From Antedon mediterranea (taxonomy: Eukaryota > Animalia > Echinodermata), in contig NC_092670.1 in the NCBI RefSeq assembly GCF_964355755.1, forward strand, positions 37,312,388 through 37,376,387: a DNA stretch of 64,000 bases. Reading direction: 5' to 3'. The translations under genes were made by a program, and so were the position numbers. Below are positions 62,418 to 64,000 of the stretch, piece by piece. The notes beneath the pieces are model-generated. The model worked only from the letters and a program-made list of their open reading frames with translations, searched no databases and was not told where the DNA came from. Numbering within the stretch: position 1 is the first letter of the stretch; every line of letters starts with the position of its first letter.

Positions 62418-62832
62418 TTAATTGTTAACATAAAATGCAATCAACAGTAATCATGGATTATATTATTATTAGATTATAATTCAATATGTATTATTACTAC
62501 AATGTTCAAAGTAGAAAATGATGATTCCTTTAAATAGGCAAAACCACACACAATGTAATTCTTAAAATTGGATGGCATTCGACAAAATGAGCTACGTTTC
62601 TTCAAGGTCTTTGGTGCATAACGTTCAAATATAAAATATTTAGGTCTGTGTGGTCCAAACATGGATGGATTCTATATACCACCATACATGGTCCAAATAT
62701 TTTTAATACAGTACTGTTTCAGTACAGTTTTCCCATTTATTTATTCAATTTGACATAATAATAATTGTATTAAACTAATCTTACCAACACCTTAAATAAA
62801 CTGGTATTTTCACGTATCATTTTGATAAAATC

Positions 62833-63348
62833 TTACTTCTTTTTCTTTTTCTTGATGTGTGATCTGATGTTAGTTTTCTGTACTTCACTATAATTCAACA
62901 TAGAGAGCATTGTTTTCAAGTTATTGTCCGGTTCTTTGTCCGTTAAAAAGTAATATACAGCACTTTTTAAAAGCTCTACTCTGGCTTCAGAATCGCTTTC
63001 TAATGGAATAGCTCCCTCGTAAACCTCCAACCGTTTGGTCTCTCTAACCTTTGCCAACTCCATTTCGGTCTTTTCCAGTTTCTTCAGCAGCTGCTTTATG
63101 TTGGCACTCTTGGGATCTGCTTGTGCACCAGCTACTAATTCCTCATCATGTTCTATTGTCATTGCTGCCATACCTTTTTGATACATCTCCAGATATCTCT
63201 CCTGGTGAACTCCCTCACGTTCTTCGTACTCTTGTTCCATGTTGACTATCACTTTCTCTAGACGATTGATTTTCTCCTCTCGTTTACTTAATGTTCTCTC
63301 GGTTTCTTCTAATTTCTGCCGAACTTCTGCAGTTTCTTCTTGAGATTT
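62833..63348 (-). CDS. qtc: Terminal exon of quick-to-court-like coiled-coil/GRIP-domain protein (gene continues beyond this exon)
   Basis: Phase-0 acceptor (TTTCATTATAG on the - strand), then 171 codons plus stop: coiled coil, LEMYQKG, and C-terminal ELLKSAVYYFLTDKE...MLSMLNYSEVQK, which resembles the GRIP-like end of insect quick-to-court as I recall it. Confidence 0.7.
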   Translation of the reverse strand, partial: KSQEETAEVRQKLEETERTLSKREEKINRLEKVIVNMEQEYEEREGVHQERYLEMYQKGMAAMTIEHDEELVAGAQADPKSANIKQLLKKLEKTEMELAKVRETKRLEVYEGAIPLESDSEARVELLKSAVYYFLTDKEPDNNLKTMLSMLNYSEVQKTNIRSHIKKKKKK

Positions 63349-64000
63349 CTATAATGAAAAATTGATATTATTTTTTAAAAATGCAAATATTATCTTTTTA
63401 TGATAGATTACCATAATGTGGACTTAAATTAGTAAAATAAAAAGGAATAGAAGGAGTCACTCACGACATTTATGAATGTCTTACCAACAATCACGTGGTA
63501 GAGACATGTTCTCAAGAACTGAAGAATTGTAATAATAGTATGATTTACAGAAGTTCATTTATGAATATATCATAAAGATAACATCCAAATCATTTGAAAA
63601 ATATGTTATCATAAAGGTTCTTACATACGGTAGTTTAATTATGTATATATGTCATAAAATTATGCAAATTTATAAATAAAACAACAGATGTTGTAAATGT
63701 AAATAAATCGATACTGATAATACATATAGTCAACTGGTATCAAATTGCAGGTGTACACTAAAAATATGACTTTATTTCATATTGTGAAATTGTTTTATTG
63801 TCATCATTATCAGGTTTATGTTTTTACTAATCACTATGCACATTTGTTATTATTATTAAGTTATTTTTGTCAGGATTTTAATTTTTTTAAGACCATGTTT
63901 AAATGTTAATATTAAGAATTTCTTTTGGATATGACACAATAAACATTACCATTCTGATTTTCTTACTCCATTACCATTCTGATTTTCTTACTGATCATTT

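Overview
AT-rich, intron-containing animal genomic DNA. GRL101, a quick-to-court homologue and Deu/Nin-type SINEs point to an invertebrate, plausibly an echinoderm or other marine deuterostome (inference). Genes were assembled by hand from splice sites and reading frames. On the + strand: three tandem 6-exon SLC16/MCT-like transporter copies (two intact, the third frameshifted), IQCC, a 24-coding-exon GRL101-type receptor (signal peptide, 12 LDLa modules, LRRs, 7TM; about 1135 aa) and MED30. On the - strand: the last exon of a quick-to-court-like GRIP-domain protein. Non-coding DNA is dense in short non-autonomous elements (Harbinger-, Kolobok-, hAT- and Tc1/mariner-type MITEs, Helentron-like HINEs, tRNA SINEs, an L2 tail) and minisatellites. 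Most unusual signal: aligning paralogous copies shows repeated independent insertion of GGCCTA or GGCTA at TA dinucleotides (TA to TAGGCCTA), and the same motifs pile up as CTAG islands in intron 1 of both IQCC and MED30. Also notable: a hammerhead-like remnant and a tRNA-headed element stacked in one (TA)n tract, and a MITE whose target duplication copied a splice donor. All counts and alignments are by eye; no database search was run.
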